Of a DNA stretch of 62,771 nucleotides, positions 1-10,252 are shown piece by piece; the stretch's first letter is position 1, and every line of letters starts with the position of its first letter. Made by a program: the position numbers and the translations under genes. The stretch lies in contig CAIQUX010000247.1 of assembly GCA_903875055.1 (NCBI GenBank), forward strand, positions 1-62,771, in the 5' to 3' direction. Origin of the DNA: an uncultured Bacteroidota bacterium (GTDB lineage: Bacteria; Bacteroidota; Bacteroidia; Chitinophagales; Chitinophagaceae). The notes under the pieces were generated by a model that did no database searches, was not told where the DNA came from, and saw only the letters and a list, made by a program, of their open reading frames with translations.

Positions 1-259
1 TTCAATTAAGAAAGGTCCTTACGTCGATGCGAAATTAGAACTCAAAGTTCAGAACATCGTTGAAGGAAAAGCTAAGAAGACAGTAATCAAAACGTGGAGT
101 CGTCGTTCAACGATCACCCCTGATTTTGTAGGACAAACATTTGCTGTTCATAATGGAAATAAATTTATTCCTGTGTATGTAACCGAGTTTATGGTTGGAC
201 ATAAATTGGGAGAATTCTCTCCGACACGTATTTTCAGATCTCATAGCGGAGGCAAATAA
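1..259 (+). CDS. rpsS: 30S ribosomal protein S19 (5' end outside window)
   Basis: Frame from base 2 reads SIKKGPYVD...[10 protein letters not shown]...VHNGNKF...[12 protein letters not shown], stop TAA at 257-259; not in the ORF track. Confidence 0.97.
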   Translation, partial: SIKKGPYVDAKLELKVQNIVEGKAKKTVIKTWSRRSTITPDFVGQTFAVHNGNKFIPVYVTEFMVGHKLGEFSPTRIFRSHSGGK

Positions 260-289
260 TTAATCATAGTAAAAAGAAATTAATATAAA

Positions 290-670
290 ATGGAAGCAGT
301 AGCCCGTTTAAGAAACTACCCGACATCTCCTAGAAAAATGCGTTTATTGGCAGATGTAATTCGTGGAATGCAGGTTGAAAAAGCAGTGAATTTTTTAAAG
401 TTTAATGCACAACACTCTTCATTGCCATTGGAGAAATTATTATTGAGTGCAGTAGCTAACTGGCGCATGAAGAATGAGGGTCTTGATGAAAGTGAACTGA
501 TTGTGAAAACGGTTTTTGTCGATTGTGCAAGAACGATCAAGCGTATGATGCCAGCTCCTCAAGGACGTGCACATAGAAAGTTAAAACGTAGTAATCATGT
601 GACCATAATAGTTGATCAAAAAATCATGGCCACTTCACCTGTATCAGCATCAGAAGAAATAACTAATTAA
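290..670 (+). CDS. rplV: 50S ribosomal protein L22
   Basis: SPRKMRLLADVIRG and PAPQGRAH motifs; S10 operon order. Confidence 0.97.
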   Translation: MEAVARLRNYPTSPRKMRLLADVIRGMQVEKAVNFLKFNAQHSSLPLEKLLLSAVANWRMKNEGLDESELIVKTVFVDCARTIKRMMPAPQGRAHRKLKRSNHVTIIVDQKIMATSPVSASEEITN

Positions 671-705
671 AATAATAGGGAAAACCTCCCGAAAATAAAA
701 TAACA

Positions 706-1521
706 ATGGGTCAAAAAACAAATCCGATAGCCAGCAGATTAGGAATCGTAAGAGGATGGGACAGTAGTTGGTATGGCAACAAACACGATTATGCTGGGAA
801 ATTGATTGAAGATGTAAAAATAAGAAAGTATCTCAATGCGCGTATTAATAAAGGGGGTATTGCAAAGATTGTTATCGAGCGTATGTTGGGTAAGTTGATT
901 GTAACAATCCATACTTCTCGCCCTGGTATTATTATTGGGAAAGGAGGACAGGAAGTCGATCGTATTAAGGAAGAATTGAAGAAGTTGACTGGAAAGGATG
1001 ACGTTCAGATTAACATCCTGGAAATCCGTCGCCCGGAATTAGATGCGCAGATTGTTGCTGACTCAATTGCGAAACAGATTGAAGGTCGTGTGAATTTCAA
1101 AAGAGCAGTTAAGATGGCCATTCAGACTACCATGAGAATGGGCGCTGAGGGTATTAAAGTAAAATGTGGTGGTCGTTTAGGTGGAGCTGAGATTGCCAGA
1201 AGTGAAGAAATGAAACAAGGTCGTACACCATTACATACCTTCCGTATGGATATTGATTATGCAAATGTTTTTGCCCTGACTGTATATGGTAAGATTGGTA
1301 TTAAAGTTTGGATATGTAAGGGGGAAGTTTTGACAAAGAGAGATTTAAATCCGAATATTATTGCAGGAAAAGATGAGAAGAGGCCAGGTTTTGACAGACC
1401 AGGTGGTGGAATGGGAGATAGAGACAGACGAGACGATCGTCGTGGCGGCGGTGGCGGTGGTGCCAGAGGCGGTAGCGGTGGCGGAAGAAGTGCTGGCGGA
1501 AGAAGCGGCGGAAACAGATAA
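706..1521 (+). CDS. rpsC: 30S ribosomal protein S3
   Basis: MGQKTNP start, [11 protein letters not shown] motif, [12 protein letters not shown]; Gly/Arg-rich C-terminal tail. Confidence 0.98.
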   Translation: MGQKTNPIASRLGIVRGWDSSWYGNKHDYAGKLIEDVKIRKYLNARINKGGIAKIVIERMLGKLIVTIHTSRPGIIIGKGGQEVDRIKEELKKLTGKDDVQINILEIRRPELDAQIVADSIAKQIEGRVNFKRAVKMAIQTTMRMGAEGIKVKCGGRLGGAEIARSEEMKQGRTPLHTFRMDIDYANVFALTVYGKIGIKVWICKGEVLTKRDLNPNIIAGKDEKRPGFDRPGGGMGDRDRRDDRRGGGGGGARGGSGGGRSAGGRSGGNR

Positions 1522-1554
1522 TAAATTTTAGAACAATTCTTAAGAAGATAGAAA

Positions 1555-1977
1555 ATGTTACAACCAAAAAGAACGAAACACAGGAAAGCCCATAAGGGAA
1601 GAATAAAAGGTGATGCAAAACGAGGAGCAACCTTGGCTTTTGGAACCTTTGGCCTAAAATCTTTAGAGCCTAAGTGGATTACGAACCGTCAGATTGAAGC
1701 TGCTCGTCAAGCGATGACAAGACATATGAAGCGTGAAGGTAATGTTTGGATTCGTATATTTCCCGATAAGCCAATTACAAACAAACCTGCAGAGGTCCGT
1801 ATGGGTAAAGGTAAAGGTAATCTTGAATACTACGCAGCTGTAGTACATCCAGGTCGTATCATGTTTGAAATTGCCGGAGTATCACTAGAAGTTGCTAAAG
1901 GTGCCCTTGCTTTAGCAGCACAAAAATTACCAATTGCAACTAAAATAGTAATCCGTAGAGATTACGCAGAAGCTTAA
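1555..1977 (+). CDS. rplP: 50S ribosomal protein L16
   Basis: [20 protein letters not shown]. Confidence 0.98.
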   Translation: MLQPKRTKHRKAHKGRIKGDAKRGATLAFGTFGLKSLEPKWITNRQIEAARQAMTRHMKREGNVWIRIFPDKPITNKPAEVRMGKGKGNLEYYAAVVHPGRIMFEIAGVSLEVAKGALALAAQKLPIATKIVIRRDYAEA

Positions 1978-1996
1978 CTTTTTAAAACGTAAAGAA

Positions 1997-2209
1997 ATGG
2001 CAGCAAAAAATAAAAGTAAACATCAAGACCTTAGCTCAATGAGCTCTGAGGACATCTTGAAAACTATTGATGAAACTGATCTTCGTTTGAAAAAGATGAC
2101 GTTCAGCCATGCAATAACACCGATTGAAAATCCGATGTCAATCAGAATATTAAGACGTGAAATTGCACGTTTGAAAACGCAACAACGCAAATTGGAATTA
2201 GGTTTTTAA
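1997..2209 (+). CDS. rpmC: 50S ribosomal protein L29
   Basis: IENPMSIRILRREIARLKT; position between rplP and rpsQ. Confidence 0.93.
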   Translation: MAAKNKSKHQDLSSMSSEDILKTIDETDLRLKKMTFSHAITPIENPMSIRILRREIARLKTQQRKLELGF

Positions 2210-2226
2210 AATAAAAGAAATTAGTT

Positions 2227-2511
2227 ATGTCAGAAATAAAAACAGAAACACAGGTAGAGTTAAGAGGTCGACGAAAAACCCGTACAGGTTTGGTTACAAG
2301 TAATAAAATGGATAAATCAATTACTGTATCGGTAGAACGTAAGGTAAAACATCCTATCTATGGAAAATTCCTTAAAAAGACTACAAAGTTCATGGCACAC
2401 GATGAAAAGAACGAATGTTCAATCGGTGACTTGGTTAAGATTATGGAAACCAGACCACTTAGTAAGAATAAGTGCTGGAGATTGGTTGAAGTTGTAGAAA
2501 AAGTTAAGTAA
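2227..2511 (+). CDS. rpsQ: 30S ribosomal protein S17
   Basis: [28 protein letters not shown]. Confidence 0.97.
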   Translation: MSEIKTETQVELRGRRKTRTGLVTSNKMDKSITVSVERKVKHPIYGKFLKKTTKFMAHDEKNECSIGDLVKIMETRPLSKNKCWRLVEVVEKVK

Positions 2512-2638
2512 TAGGTGTGAGGTACTTCGGATACTCAAGTCATCAGCATGAACTAAATTTTGAAGTAAGTCAAAAAATAAATAATTAAGTGGAACATGAA
2601 GCCATTGCCATATTGAACCATTGTCAAATTGAATAAAA

Positions 2639-3007
2639 ATGATACAACAAGAAAGTAGATTAAATGTAGCAGATAACAGCGGCGCAAAAGAAGTCCTTTG
2701 TATTCGCGTGTTGGGTAACTCAGGTCAGGATTATGCTCACATTGGGGATAAGATTGTCGTTACTGTGAAGGATGCCATGCCAGGGGCTGCAATTAAGAAA
2801 GGAACAGTTGCCAAGGCGGTTATAGTTAGAACAACTAACAAATTACGAAGGAAAGATGGATCGTATATTCGTTTTGATGATAACGCAGTTGTGATTCTGA
2901 ACGCAGCAGACGAACCTAGAGGAACTCGTATTTTCGGACCTGTGGCTCGTGAATTGAGAGACAAGGGATACATGAAAATTATATCATTGGCACCTGAAGT
3001 GCTTTAA
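2639..3007 (+). CDS. rplN: 50S ribosomal protein L14
   Basis: [36 protein letters not shown]. Confidence 0.98.
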   Translation: MIQQESRLNVADNSGAKEVLCIRVLGNSGQDYAHIGDKIVVTVKDAMPGAAIKKGTVAKAVIVRTTNKLRRKDGSYIRFDDNAVVILNAADEPRGTRIFGPVARELRDKGYMKIISLAPEVL

Positions 3008-3026
3008 TACAATAAATTTTAGAAAA

Positions 3027-3371
3027 GTGAAAAATAGATTTAAAACGAAATTTTCGATAAAGAAAGGAGACCAAGTGGTTGTTATAACCGGTGCTGATAA
3101 AGACCGTACAACTCCAAAGGCAGTCCTTTCTGTAATCACCGACGATATTAGCCCAAGGGTTATTGTTGAAGGCGTTAATATTGTGACCAAGCACAAGAAG
3201 CCTAATGCTCAGAATCCGCAGGGAACTATTGTGAAGGAGGAAGCACCTATAGCCATTTCAAACGTGATGTTATGGGATGCTAAAGCAAAAATGGCCACTA
3301 AGATTCGAAGTGAGCGAAAAGATGGTAAATCAATAAGAATTTCAAAAAAATCAGGGGAGGTAATTAAATAA
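3027..3371 (+). CDS. rplX: 50S ribosomal protein L24
   Basis: [15 protein letters not shown] motif, [22 protein letters not shown] start. Confidence 0.96.
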   Translation: MKNRFKTKFSIKKGDQVVVITGADKDRTTPKAVLSVITDDISPRVIVEGVNIVTKHKKPNAQNPQGTIVKEEAPIAISNVMLWDAKAKMATKIRSERKDGKSIRISKKSGEVIK

Positions 3372-3946
3372 TGACAACAGTAACTTATATACCTAGAATA
3401 CAGACCAAGTACAACCAAGAAGTTGTACCTGCGTTGATGAAAAAATTCGGATACAAGACAGTAATGCAATGTCCGAAACTGACTAAAATTTGTCTTAACC
3501 AGGGCGTTAAGGGGTCGGTAGCTGATAAAAAATTGATTGACATTGCCGTTGAAGAAATGAGTAATATCAGTGGTCAAAAGGCAATATCCACAATGTCCAA
3601 GAAGGATATATCTAATTTTAAATTGAGAAAGAACATGCCGATTGGCGCTAAAGTTACTTTACGTGGAAAGAACATGTTTGACTTCTTGGATCGATTTGTG
3701 GCTGTTTCTTTGCCTCGTGTGAGAGATTTTAAAGGAATTAGTGAGAAAGCATTCGACGGACGCGGAAACTATACCATTGGAATTACTGAGCAAATCATTT
3801 TTCCTGAAATTGATATCGATAAATTACCTCGCATAAGTGGAATGGATATTACATTCGTAACCACAGCTCGCACAAACGAGGAGGCATATGAATTATTAAA
3901 AGAATTGGGTATGCCTTTTAAAAACTTAAACGTAAAAAATAATTAA
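3371..3946 (+). CDS. rplE: 50S ribosomal protein L5
   Basis: [33 protein letters not shown]. Confidence 0.98.
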   Translation: MTTVTYIPRIQTKYNQEVVPALMKKFGYKTVMQCPKLTKICLNQGVKGSVADKKLIDIAVEEMSNISGQKAISTMSKKDISNFKLRKNMPIGAKVTLRGKNMFDFLDRFVAVSLPRVRDFKGISEKAFDGRGNYTIGITEQIIFPEIDIDKLPRISGMDITFVTTARTNEEAYELLKELGMPFKNLNVKNN

Positions 3947-3954
3947 TACAAGTT

Positions 3955-4224
3955 ATGGCTAAAGAATCAGTAAAAGCTCGTCAACGTAAACGTGAGAAAA
4001 TGGTAGCTAAATACGCCGACAAGCGTGCGGCTTTGAAAAAAGCTGGAGATTACGCAGCATTGGATTTGCTTCCAAAGAATGCATCACCGGTTCGTTTGAA
4101 AAATCGTTGTCAACTCACAGGAAGAGGAAGAGGTTATATCCGGCACTTCGGGATATCTCGTATCATGTTCAGAGATATGGCTTTGAATGGATTGATACCT
4201 GGCGTAAAAAAAGCAAGCTGGTAA
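3955..4224 (+). CDS. rpsN: 30S ribosomal protein S14 (89-aa zinc-independent type)
   Basis: [19 protein letters not shown]...GVKKASW; only one Cys. Confidence 0.97.
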   Translation: MAKESVKARQRKREKMVAKYADKRAALKKAGDYAALDLLPKNASPVRLKNRCQLTGRGRGYIRHFGISRIMFRDMALNGLIPGVKKASW

Positions 4225-4310
4225 ACGCGTTAACTAACTAAATAATAAGTTTTGTGGAGGATTCTAATCATCTGTAAAACAATAATTTAAATCTAAATAC
4301 TAATAATAAA

Positions 4311-4709
4311 ATGGTAACAGATCCAATAGCAGATTTCTTAACAAGAATTAGAAATGCACAGATGGCAGGACACAGAATCGTAAGCATTCCAGCTTCGAAC
4401 TTAAAGAAGAGCATGACTGAGATTTTATATACTAAAGGTTATATTGCAAAATATAAATTTGAGGAAGATAATAAGCAAGGCATTATCAAAATTGCTTTGA
4501 AATACGATTTGACATCTAAGATTCCTGCTATTCGCGGTTTGGAGAGAATAAGTCGGCCGGGTCTTCGTCAATACGCGAAACCTGCAGAAATCAAACGTGT
4601 ACAAAACGGATTAGGTATAGCTATACTTTCTACATCGAAAGGCGTTATGACTGATAAAGAAGCAAAAGCAAATAACATAGGTGGTGAGGTGCTTTGCCAC
4701 ATATATTAA
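4311..4709 (+). CDS. rpsH: 30S ribosomal protein S8
   Basis: TDPIADFLTRIRNA, SRPGLRQY, STSKGVMT, GGEV. Confidence 0.98.
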   Translation: MVTDPIADFLTRIRNAQMAGHRIVSIPASNLKKSMTEILYTKGYIAKYKFEEDNKQGIIKIALKYDLTSKIPAIRGLERISRPGLRQYAKPAEIKRVQNGLGIAILSTSKGVMTDKEAKANNIGGEVLCHIY

Positions 4710-4780
4710 TAGATGATTATACTTACAAAACTTAAATTGCAAGATTGAAATATTGGTTTCAATTTTTAAAAATAAATAAA

Positions 4781-5335
4781 ATGTCTCGAATAGGAAAAAA
4801 ACCGGTAGAAATCCCAAGTGGTGTAACAATAAATGTTACACCTACCAATGAGATTATCGTTAAAGGCCCGAAAGGCGAATTAAGACAATCAGTTGATAGA
4901 GATATCATGATTGACATTAAAGAAGGTACACTTGAAGTTGGTCGACCTACTGATCAGATCAGACACAGAGCGATGCATGGTTTATACCGTTCATTAGTTG
5001 CCAATATGGTGAAAGGAGTAACAGATGGTTTTGTCAGGAAGCTTGAATTAGTGGGCGTTGGTTACAAAGCTGTCAATCAAGGGAATATTTTAGATTTAGC
5101 TTTAGGTTATTCGCATAACATCATTTTTGAGATTCCTAAGGAATTGAAAGTGAGTACTGAAACATTGAAAGGAAGTAATCCTAAGATTACACTCGAAGGA
5201 TCTGACAAGCAGTTGTTGGGTGCGGTTGCTGCAAAAATTCGTAGTTTGCGCAAACCAGAGCCTTACAAAGGGAAAGGTGTTAAATATGAAGGTGAATATA
5301 TTCGTCGTAAAGCAGGTAAAGCAGCTGGTAAATAA
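4781..5335 (+). CDS. rplF: 50S ribosomal protein L6
   Basis: Start placed at ATG 4781 (MSRIGKKP); PEPYKGKG, RRKAGK. Confidence 0.97.
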   Translation: MSRIGKKPVEIPSGVTINVTPTNEIIVKGPKGELRQSVDRDIMIDIKEGTLEVGRPTDQIRHRAMHGLYRSLVANMVKGVTDGFVRKLELVGVGYKAVNQGNILDLALGYSHNIIFEIPKELKVSTETLKGSNPKITLEGSDKQLLGAVAAKIRSLRKPEPYKGKGVKYEGEYIRRKAGKAAGK

Positions 5336-5388
5336 AATTTGTAAAATCAGAAAATGGTTACAGTCATTTTCAATAAAAATAAAGTATT

Positions 5389-5739
5389 ATGGACGCTAAA
5401 GTAGTAAGAAGACAGAAACTAAAATGGAGAATTCGTAAGAAGATCTCTGGTACGGCTGAATGCCCTCGTTTATCGGTATTCAGAAGCAATAAGGAGATTT
5501 ATGCCCAGTTGATTGATGATGTGACTGGAATTACAATAGTAGCATCAAACAGTCGTGGAAAGGACGTTGAATCCAAAGGGAATAAGGTGGATATATCCAA
5601 GATGGTTGGAATGTCAATCGCATCTAAAGCAAAGGCAAAGGGAATTGAACGATGTGTTTTCGACCGCGGCGGTTATTTATATCATGGTCGTGTGAAGGCA
5701 ATAGCTGACGGTGCACGTGAAGGAGGATTAAATTTCTAA
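5389..5739 (+). CDS. rplR: 50S ribosomal protein L18
   Basis: [28 protein letters not shown]. Confidence 0.98.
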   Translation: MDAKVVRRQKLKWRIRKKISGTAECPRLSVFRSNKEIYAQLIDDVTGITIVASNSRGKDVESKGNKVDISKMVGMSIASKAKAKGIERCVFDRGGYLYHGRVKAIADGAREGGLNF

Positions 5740-5781
5740 TCCGAAATAAAATCAATTTAAAAGAATTCTTAAAAACGGAAT

Positions 5782-6300
5782 ATGTCTCAAACAAAAGAAA
5801 ATACAGTAAAGTCAGGTGATATTGAATTACATGATAAAGTAGTTGCTATCAATCGCGTGGTAAAGACTACCAAAGGAGGTCGAACCTTCAGTTTCTCTGC
5901 TCTTGTTGTGGTTGGAAACGGTAATGGTATCATTGGTCACGGATTGGGAAAAGCGAAAGAAGTTCAAATGGCTATTCAGAAAGGTATTGATGACGCTAAG
6001 AAAAATCTAGTGAAGGTTCCTGTTCTTCATGGAACTGTTCCTCATGAAATATTAGCAAAAGCTGGTGCTGCCAAAGTCATGATCAAACCTGCCTCTCATG
6101 GTACGGGCGTGATTGCCGGAGGAAGTATGCGTGCTGTGTTGGAAAGTGCTGGTATCACGGATGTATTAGCTAAATCATTGGGTTCAGCTAATCCTCACAA
6201 TGTGGTGAAAGCAACTGTTAATGCTTTGTCCATGATGCGTGAGCCGATTCAGTTCGCTAAAGATAGAAATGTAAGTTTAAAAACTGTTTTCAACGGATAA
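5782..6300 (+). CDS. rpsE: 30S ribosomal protein S5
   Basis: [30 protein letters not shown]. Confidence 0.98.
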   Translation: MSQTKENTVKSGDIELHDKVVAINRVVKTTKGGRTFSFSALVVVGNGNGIIGHGLGKAKEVQMAIQKGIDDAKKNLVKVPVLHGTVPHEILAKAGAAKVMIKPASHGTGVIAGGSMRAVLESAGITDVLAKSLGSANPHNVVKATVNALSMMREPIQFAKDRNVSLKTVFNG

Positions 6301-6338
6301 ACTTCGTTGACTCATCAAATAAAGAAAGAAAAACGAAT

Positions 6339-6515
6339 ATGAGCAAGATTAAAGTAACACAGGTTAAAAGTGCCATCGACCGCAGTAAGCGTCAAAAGGC
6401 GACATTGATAGCCCTTGGGTTAAAGAAAATCAGCCAGTCAAGAGAGTTGGAAGCGACTCCTCAGATTATGGGCATGATTAAAAAGGTTGAACATTTAGTA
6501 ATTACTGAAAAATAA
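6339..6515 (+). CDS. rpmD: 50S ribosomal protein L30
   Basis: 58-aa ORF below the track cutoff, translated by hand: MSKIKVTQVKSAIDRSKRQKATLIALGLKK...MIKKVEHLV; between rpsE and rplO. Confidence 0.96.
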   Translation: MSKIKVTQVKSAIDRSKRQKATLIALGLKKISQSRELEATPQIMGMIKKVEHLVITEK

Positions 6516-6519
6516 TAAA

Positions 6520-6972
6520 ATGAATTTACATACATTAAAGCCTGCGGAAGGCTCTACGCATAGAGATGGAAAACGTCTTGGTCGTGGTAACTCGTCTGGT
6601 AAGGGAGGTACATCTACCAAAGGTAATAAAGGGGCACAATCACGTGCAGGTTATAACCAACGGCGTGGAAGTGAAGGTGGCCAGATGCCTTTACACAGAC
6701 GTTTGCCTAAACGCGGTTTCAAGAATATTAACCGTATTGATTATAAGGTTTTGAATATTGGGCAGATTGATGACTTGGCTACTCGTTACGAATTGCAAGA
6801 AATTTCTCCTGAAAGTTTATACGTAACTGGTCTGTTGAATCGCACGGATCTGATTAAGATACTCGGTCGTGGTGAACTGAAAACTAAACTTACCTTTAAG
6901 GTAAATGCTGCAAGCGAAACAGCTAAGAAAGCGATTGAAGCTGCTGGAGGTACCTTGGAAATAGTGATTTAA
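6520..6972 (+). CDS. rplO: 50S ribosomal protein L15
   Basis: KRLGRG, EGGQMPLHRRLPKRGF, IEAAGG. Confidence 0.98.
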   Translation: MNLHTLKPAEGSTHRDGKRLGRGNSSGKGGTSTKGNKGAQSRAGYNQRRGSEGGQMPLHRRLPKRGFKNINRIDYKVLNIGQIDDLATRYELQEISPESLYVTGLLNRTDLIKILGRGELKTKLTFKVNAASETAKKAIEAAGGTLEIVI

Positions 6973-6978
6973 TAATTC

Positions 6979-7011
6979 AAATAATACTAACTCCCTTAGT
7001 ATTATTTTTTT
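6979..7011 (+). terminator. Intrinsic terminator-like hairpin after rplO
   Basis: AAATAATACTAA-ctccc-TTAGTATTATTT (12-bp AT-rich stem) running into a T tract. Confidence 0.55.
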
Positions 7012-7123
7012 ATTCACCCCATTTATCTTAAAGTGGCAAACACAAAAAGAATCATTAAATATAGTTTGAAAGGTGAGATTATTCGTATAAATTACACCGC
7101 TAAAAACTGAACTTATAAGCAGA

Positions 7124-8461
7124 ATGAAAAAAATAATTAATACATTAAAGAATATCTGGAGTATCGATGAGTTACGTAACCGCATCATCTTTACGTTGAC
7201 TCTGCTGCTGATTTACAGAGTCGGTTGCCATGTGGTTATTCCTGGTATCAATCCGAATGATCTGAATAATAATGCAGGCCAAAGTGGTTTGTTAGGACTT
7301 TTTAACATGTTTGCAGGTGGAGCTTTTAACAAGGCTTCTATTTTTGCATTAGGTATCATGCCATATATCTCAGCCAGTATCGCTATGCAGTTGGCTCAAA
7401 TAGCCATTCCTCAATTACAAAAATTATCAAAGGAAGATAGCGGTCGTAAGAAAATCAATCTCTACACACGTTATTTAACTGTTGGTGTTACCTTATTTCA
7501 GGCAATCGGATATATTACTTATTTGAGAAGTCAAAATGGTGCAGCTATCATGAATGATAACTTCATGTGGATGGTTTCTACCGTAATTGTTCTTACCACA
7601 GGTACATTGTTTGTGATGTGGTTAGGTGAAAAAATAACAGATAAAGGTATAGGAAATGGTACATCTCTGATTATCTCAGCAGGTATCATAGCTCGTTTGC
7701 CTCACGCTCTTGTGCAGGAATTTGAAGCCAAAACACAGGCCGCAGGGGGAGGGTTGTTGATTTTCCTGATTGAGATCGCCTTGATGGTGATTATTATAAT
7801 GGCTATCATCCTATTAATCCAAGGTGTTCGTCGTATTCCATTAAACTATGCCCGCCGTATCGTCGGTAATGCTTCTGCAACGAATATGACCGGTGCAAGA
7901 GATTTCATTCCTATCAAGGTAAATGGGGCAGGAGTTATGCCTATCATCTTTGCACAAGCTATGTTATTCATTCCGTCTACTATTATCGGGTTTTCTAATA
8001 GTGAGACTGCCCAAGGTTTTGTCAAGCATCTGACCAACCCGGGATCTCTTTGGTATAATATTATTTATGCTATTCTAGTTATTGCGTTCACTTATTTGTA
8101 CACAGCCCTGATCTTTAATCCAAATCAAATGGCTGAAGATTTGAAACGTAATAATGGATTTGTTCCTGGTATTAAACCTGGCACTGATACTGCTGATTAC
8201 ATAGGCGCTATCATGGATCGAATCACATTGCCAGGTGCCATATTCCTAGCTTTGATTGGTATTCTGCCAGGTATTGCAGGTCAATTGAAAATTACAAGCG
8301 GTTTCGCCAGTTTCTATGGTGGAACTTCTATGCTGATCATGGTGGGTGTGATTTTAGATACCTTGCAACAGATTGAAAGCCAACTTCTGATGCGTCATTA
8401 TGATGGCCTGATGGAAAGTGGGCGTATTACAGGACGTCAATCTGTACCCGCTAGTATATAA
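7124..8461 (+). CDS. secY: Preprotein translocase subunit SecY
   Basis: SIFALGIMPYISASI, WLGEKIT..GIGNG, GVMPIIFA, GGTSMLI. Confidence 0.98.
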   Translation: MKKIINTLKNIWSIDELRNRIIFTLTLLLIYRVGCHVVIPGINPNDLNNNAGQSGLLGLFNMFAGGAFNKASIFALGIMPYISASIAMQLAQIAIPQLQKLSKEDSGRKKINLYTRYLTVGVTLFQAIGYITYLRSQNGAAIMNDNFMWMVSTVIVLTTGTLFVMWLGEKITDKGIGNGTSLIISAGIIARLPHALVQEFEAKTQAAGGGLLIFLIEIALMVIIIMAIILLIQGVRRIPLNYARRIVGNASATNMTGARDFIPIKVNGAGVMPIIFAQAMLFIPSTIIGFSNSETAQGFVKHLTNPGSLWYNIIYAILVIAFTYLYTALIFNPNQMAEDLKRNNGFVPGIKPGTDTADYIGAIMDRITLPGAIFLALIGILPGIAGQLKITSGFASFYGGTSMLIMVGVILDTLQQIESQLLMRHYDGLMESGRITGRQSVPASI

Positions 8462-8492
8462 ATTAATTTTTAAACAATAGTCGTAATATCTT

Positions 8493-8527
8493 ATATCCCG
8501 GAGCCTAGTTCCGGGATATTTAAATTT
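8493..8527 (+). terminator. Hairpin between secY and map (terminator or processing site)
   Basis: ATATCCCGGA-gcctagt-TCCGGGATAT followed by an AT tract. Confidence 0.45.
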
Positions 8528-8535
8528 AATATACC

Positions 8536-9336
8536 TTGATTTATTACAAAACAAACGAAGAAGTTGAGCTGATTAGAAAAAGTAATTTGCTTGTGTCGGC
8601 TACTATAGCCGAACTAGCTACTCGCCTTAAACCTGGAGTTACTACAAGCCAATTGGATGCCATTGCAGAATCTTTTATCAGAGATCATGGTGCCATACCA
8701 GCCTTCAAAGGATTCAGAGGCTTCCCTTTTACTTGTTGTATGAGTATAAATGCAGCTGTTGTGCATGGATTTGCCACAGATGATGAATTGAAAGAGGGTG
8801 ATATTGTAAGCATTGATACAGGTACCGTATTGAATGGTTTTGTAGGTGACAGTGCTTATACCTTTGCTATCGGTGAAATTTCACCGGAAGTAAAGCAATT
8901 ACTTAAGGTCACCAAAGAATCGCTCTATCTTGGTATTGAACAAGCCATTGTCGGAAACCGTATCGGTGACATAAGTTGGGCCATACAGGAACATACGGAG
9001 AAGAAGCATGGATTTGGCGTAGTACGTGAGCTTACCGGGCATGGTGTTGGTAAAAGTCTCCACGAAGAACCAGAAGTACCTAATTATGGCCGAAGAGGAA
9101 ACGGACTGAAACTTCAGGATGGATTAGTTATTGCTATTGAACCCATGATTAATCTTGGCAAGAAGGATATCTTTTGCGCCGATGATGAATGGACCATTAT
9201 AACCAGTGATGGTAAGCCTTCAGCACATTTTGAGCATTCGATTTGTGTACGAAAAAATAAGGCTGATATCCTTTCTTCTTTCGCGGAAATTGAGGTAAAC
9301 GAGAAGGCGAATCCTAATTTATATTCTGCTACGTAA
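8536..9336 (+). CDS. map: Type I methionine aminopeptidase
   Basis: VVHG, D..D metal ligands (SIDTG...GDSA), GHGVG..LHEEP, IEPMIN, SAHFEH; TTG start. Confidence 0.96.
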   Translation: MIYYKTNEEVELIRKSNLLVSATIAELATRLKPGVTTSQLDAIAESFIRDHGAIPAFKGFRGFPFTCCMSINAAVVHGFATDDELKEGDIVSIDTGTVLNGFVGDSAYTFAIGEISPEVKQLLKVTKESLYLGIEQAIVGNRIGDISWAIQEHTEKKHGFGVVRELTGHGVGKSLHEEPEVPNYGRRGNGLKLQDGLVIAIEPMINLGKKDIFCADDEWTIITSDGKPSAHFEHSICVRKNKADILSSFAEIEVNEKANPNLYSAT

Positions 9337-9601
9337 GCCATATTGAATAATCCCAATTTGATATTCAGCTTAAATCAAATTCTTTTGGATATATGCAGTG
9401 GTAAATGCCGATGGTAATTTTTTAGAACAACTGAAGCAAAGCGAAATTTGGGCTATTAAAAATTTCAATCGGGAAAATTTAAGATATCCGTTGTTCAATT
9501 GAAATATCAGTGTTTAGATTCATGATTTTGAATCCCCAAAGAAGTTCATGGGTTCTGTATATTAAAGGTTAATTCTTTAAGGGAATACTTTCAGTTGGCA
9601 A

Positions 9602-10111
9602 CTAAATTATTGTTTCTTTTACATAAAGCTTATTGAAATGCTCCATGAAGGATTGTGGTTCATCTGGAGTTAATATTATCTTGCGACCATCAGATGTGAT
9701 AAGTAACACAAAGTTAGTTCTACGGGTGGCGTAAAATGTCATTGAGCCAAGTTTCCTATTGGCAAATTTGCCATAATATCCAAACAATCCGCCTACACCA
9801 AAGGTTCTTATAGTCCATTTCATTGTTTCCTTATCAACGATTTGGACGGAGGTAAGTGTTTCTTTACTGATATGCACATCCGAAAAAGGCCGATGTATGA
9901 TCAATGCCTCCGGCGTTAGCGCATAATGAACTGGACTAAACGCATAGATACTAATGAATACAGCTATGAGCAAAGTGCTGATAGCTATTGGCGCCAAGAT
10001 ACTTTTATCGTTCAATAGCAAAAACTGAGAGGCAATAATCAAAGTGAAAAGTATGGCTACACCAATGGTGACTCCTTTAGCCACTTTGTCTAGAGAACAA
10101 GAATAAATCAT
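9602..10111 (-). CDS. Membrane-anchored bacterial PH-domain protein
   Basis: Two N-terminal TM helices, then the IRTFGVGGLFGYYGKF motif typical of bPH_5-like proteins. Confidence 0.7.
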   Translation of the reverse strand: MIYSCSLDKVAKGVTIGVAILFTLIIASQFLLLNDKSILAPIAISTLLIAVFISIYAFSPVHYALTPEALIIHRPFSDVHISKETLTSVQIVDKETMKWTIRTFGVGGLFGYYGKFANRKLGSMTFYATRRTNFVLLITSDGRKIILTPDEPQSFMEHFNKLYVKETII

Positions 10112-10252
10112 ACGATGGGATATTAAATGTTTGGATGTTGCTATAAGAATATAAATTCCTTAAAAAAATGACTTACAAATATATAGCCCATCGTAATTCG
10201 TAGCAAAAAATGATGAAACTTATTTTTAGTACAAGAGTATTGTGTGTTAGCA

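Noticed and set aside
3955..4224. Zinc-free S14 as a zinc-starvation paralog
   Set aside because: It is the in-operon copy, and the 89-aa form is usual in Bacteroidota
9337..9601. Possible infA/rpmJ remnant or small gene after map
   Set aside because: The ATG-started frames I read on both strands are very short and show no IF-1 or L36 motif
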